Source: Eledone cirrhosa (taxonomy: Eukaryota). Taken from it: DNA of 64,000 nt. Positions 63,093 to 64,000 of this stretch are shown here, piece after piece. The position numbers and the translations under genes are program-made. Under the pieces are notes generated by a model. It saw only the letters and a list, made by a program, of their open reading frames with translations. It ran no database searches and had not been told where the DNA came from. Numbering within the stretch: the first letter of the stretch is position 1; each line of letters starts with the position of its first letter. The stretch covers positions 101,556,001 through 101,620,000 of the forward strand of contig OZ024743.1 of NCBI GenBank assembly GCA_964016885.1, in the 5' to 3' direction.

Positions 63093-63185
<93 letters not shown>

Positions 63186-63430
63186 GCTGGAAGTGAAAGA
63201 AAGAGAGTGAGAGACAGAGGGAGAGAAAGAGGAGAGAGAAAGAGAGGGAGGTAGGGTTAGAAGAAACGAAAAAGAGTTATAGTAGAAGTATTGGACTGGT
63301 GCTTTTTTTTCCTCAACCTTGAAAGGACGAAAGGCAAAGTTGTCCTCGGAGGTATTTGAAATCAGAGAACCAGAACGAAAGTCGCAAAGCATTCTATCCT
63401 ACCTTCTAACGACACTGCCAGTTCACCGCC
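63000..63430 (-). mobile_element. tRNA-derived SINE, long form with (AG)n expansion
   Basis: GAAAGGACGAAAGGCAAAGTTGTCCTCGG core; the 3' part matches 38590-38640. Confidence 0.65.
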
Positions 63431-63676
63431 TATATGGTGTATGTACACAAGTGGGTTGTTACAGACCCGTTGGAAGCAAATAAAAGATAAATCAGCCCGT
63501 GAACATTTTACCAATGTGAGCTTTAGCTTTTATAGAATTCATTCAAGTGATTTGTGTTCCGTCCGTGGACATTATCAGTCGGTGTTAAATATCTATTGAA
63601 CTAGTCTCGAATCAATCGATTTTTATTGTATTCGCAAATTCAATTTGTCTTTATCCAAAATTTTAACATTAATATA

Positions 63677-64000
<324 letters not shown>

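Overview
Eukaryotic, repeat-dominated window, probably from a cephalopod (Octopus-like). That assignment is an inference from the TTAGGG repeats, dense microsatellites, Dong/R4 LINEs and tRNA-derived SINEs. Bases 1-25849 are a degenerate (TTAGGG)n array rich in variant units (TTAGCTG, TTAGTG, TTAGGT, TTATGG), built from nested kb-scale higher-order duplications. Its G-rich strand points INTO the non-telomeric DNA. The array joins directly to the (GAA/GAC) 3' tail of an RTE LINE. About 9 kb of co-oriented minus-strand retroelements follow: an ORF1-only Tx1-like element, then a near full-length decayed Tx1-clade LINE with a ~300-bp copy of its own 3' end at its 5' end. The remainder holds two Dong/R4 fragments in microsatellites, two fused Penelope-like elements, Penelope-type palindromes with minimal hammerhead ribozymes, a large fold-back duplication, RTE-derived non-autonomous elements, Helitron pieces, a decayed mariner and many SINEs. 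No intact host gene could be supported. All coordinates were read by eye and are approximate to a few bases.
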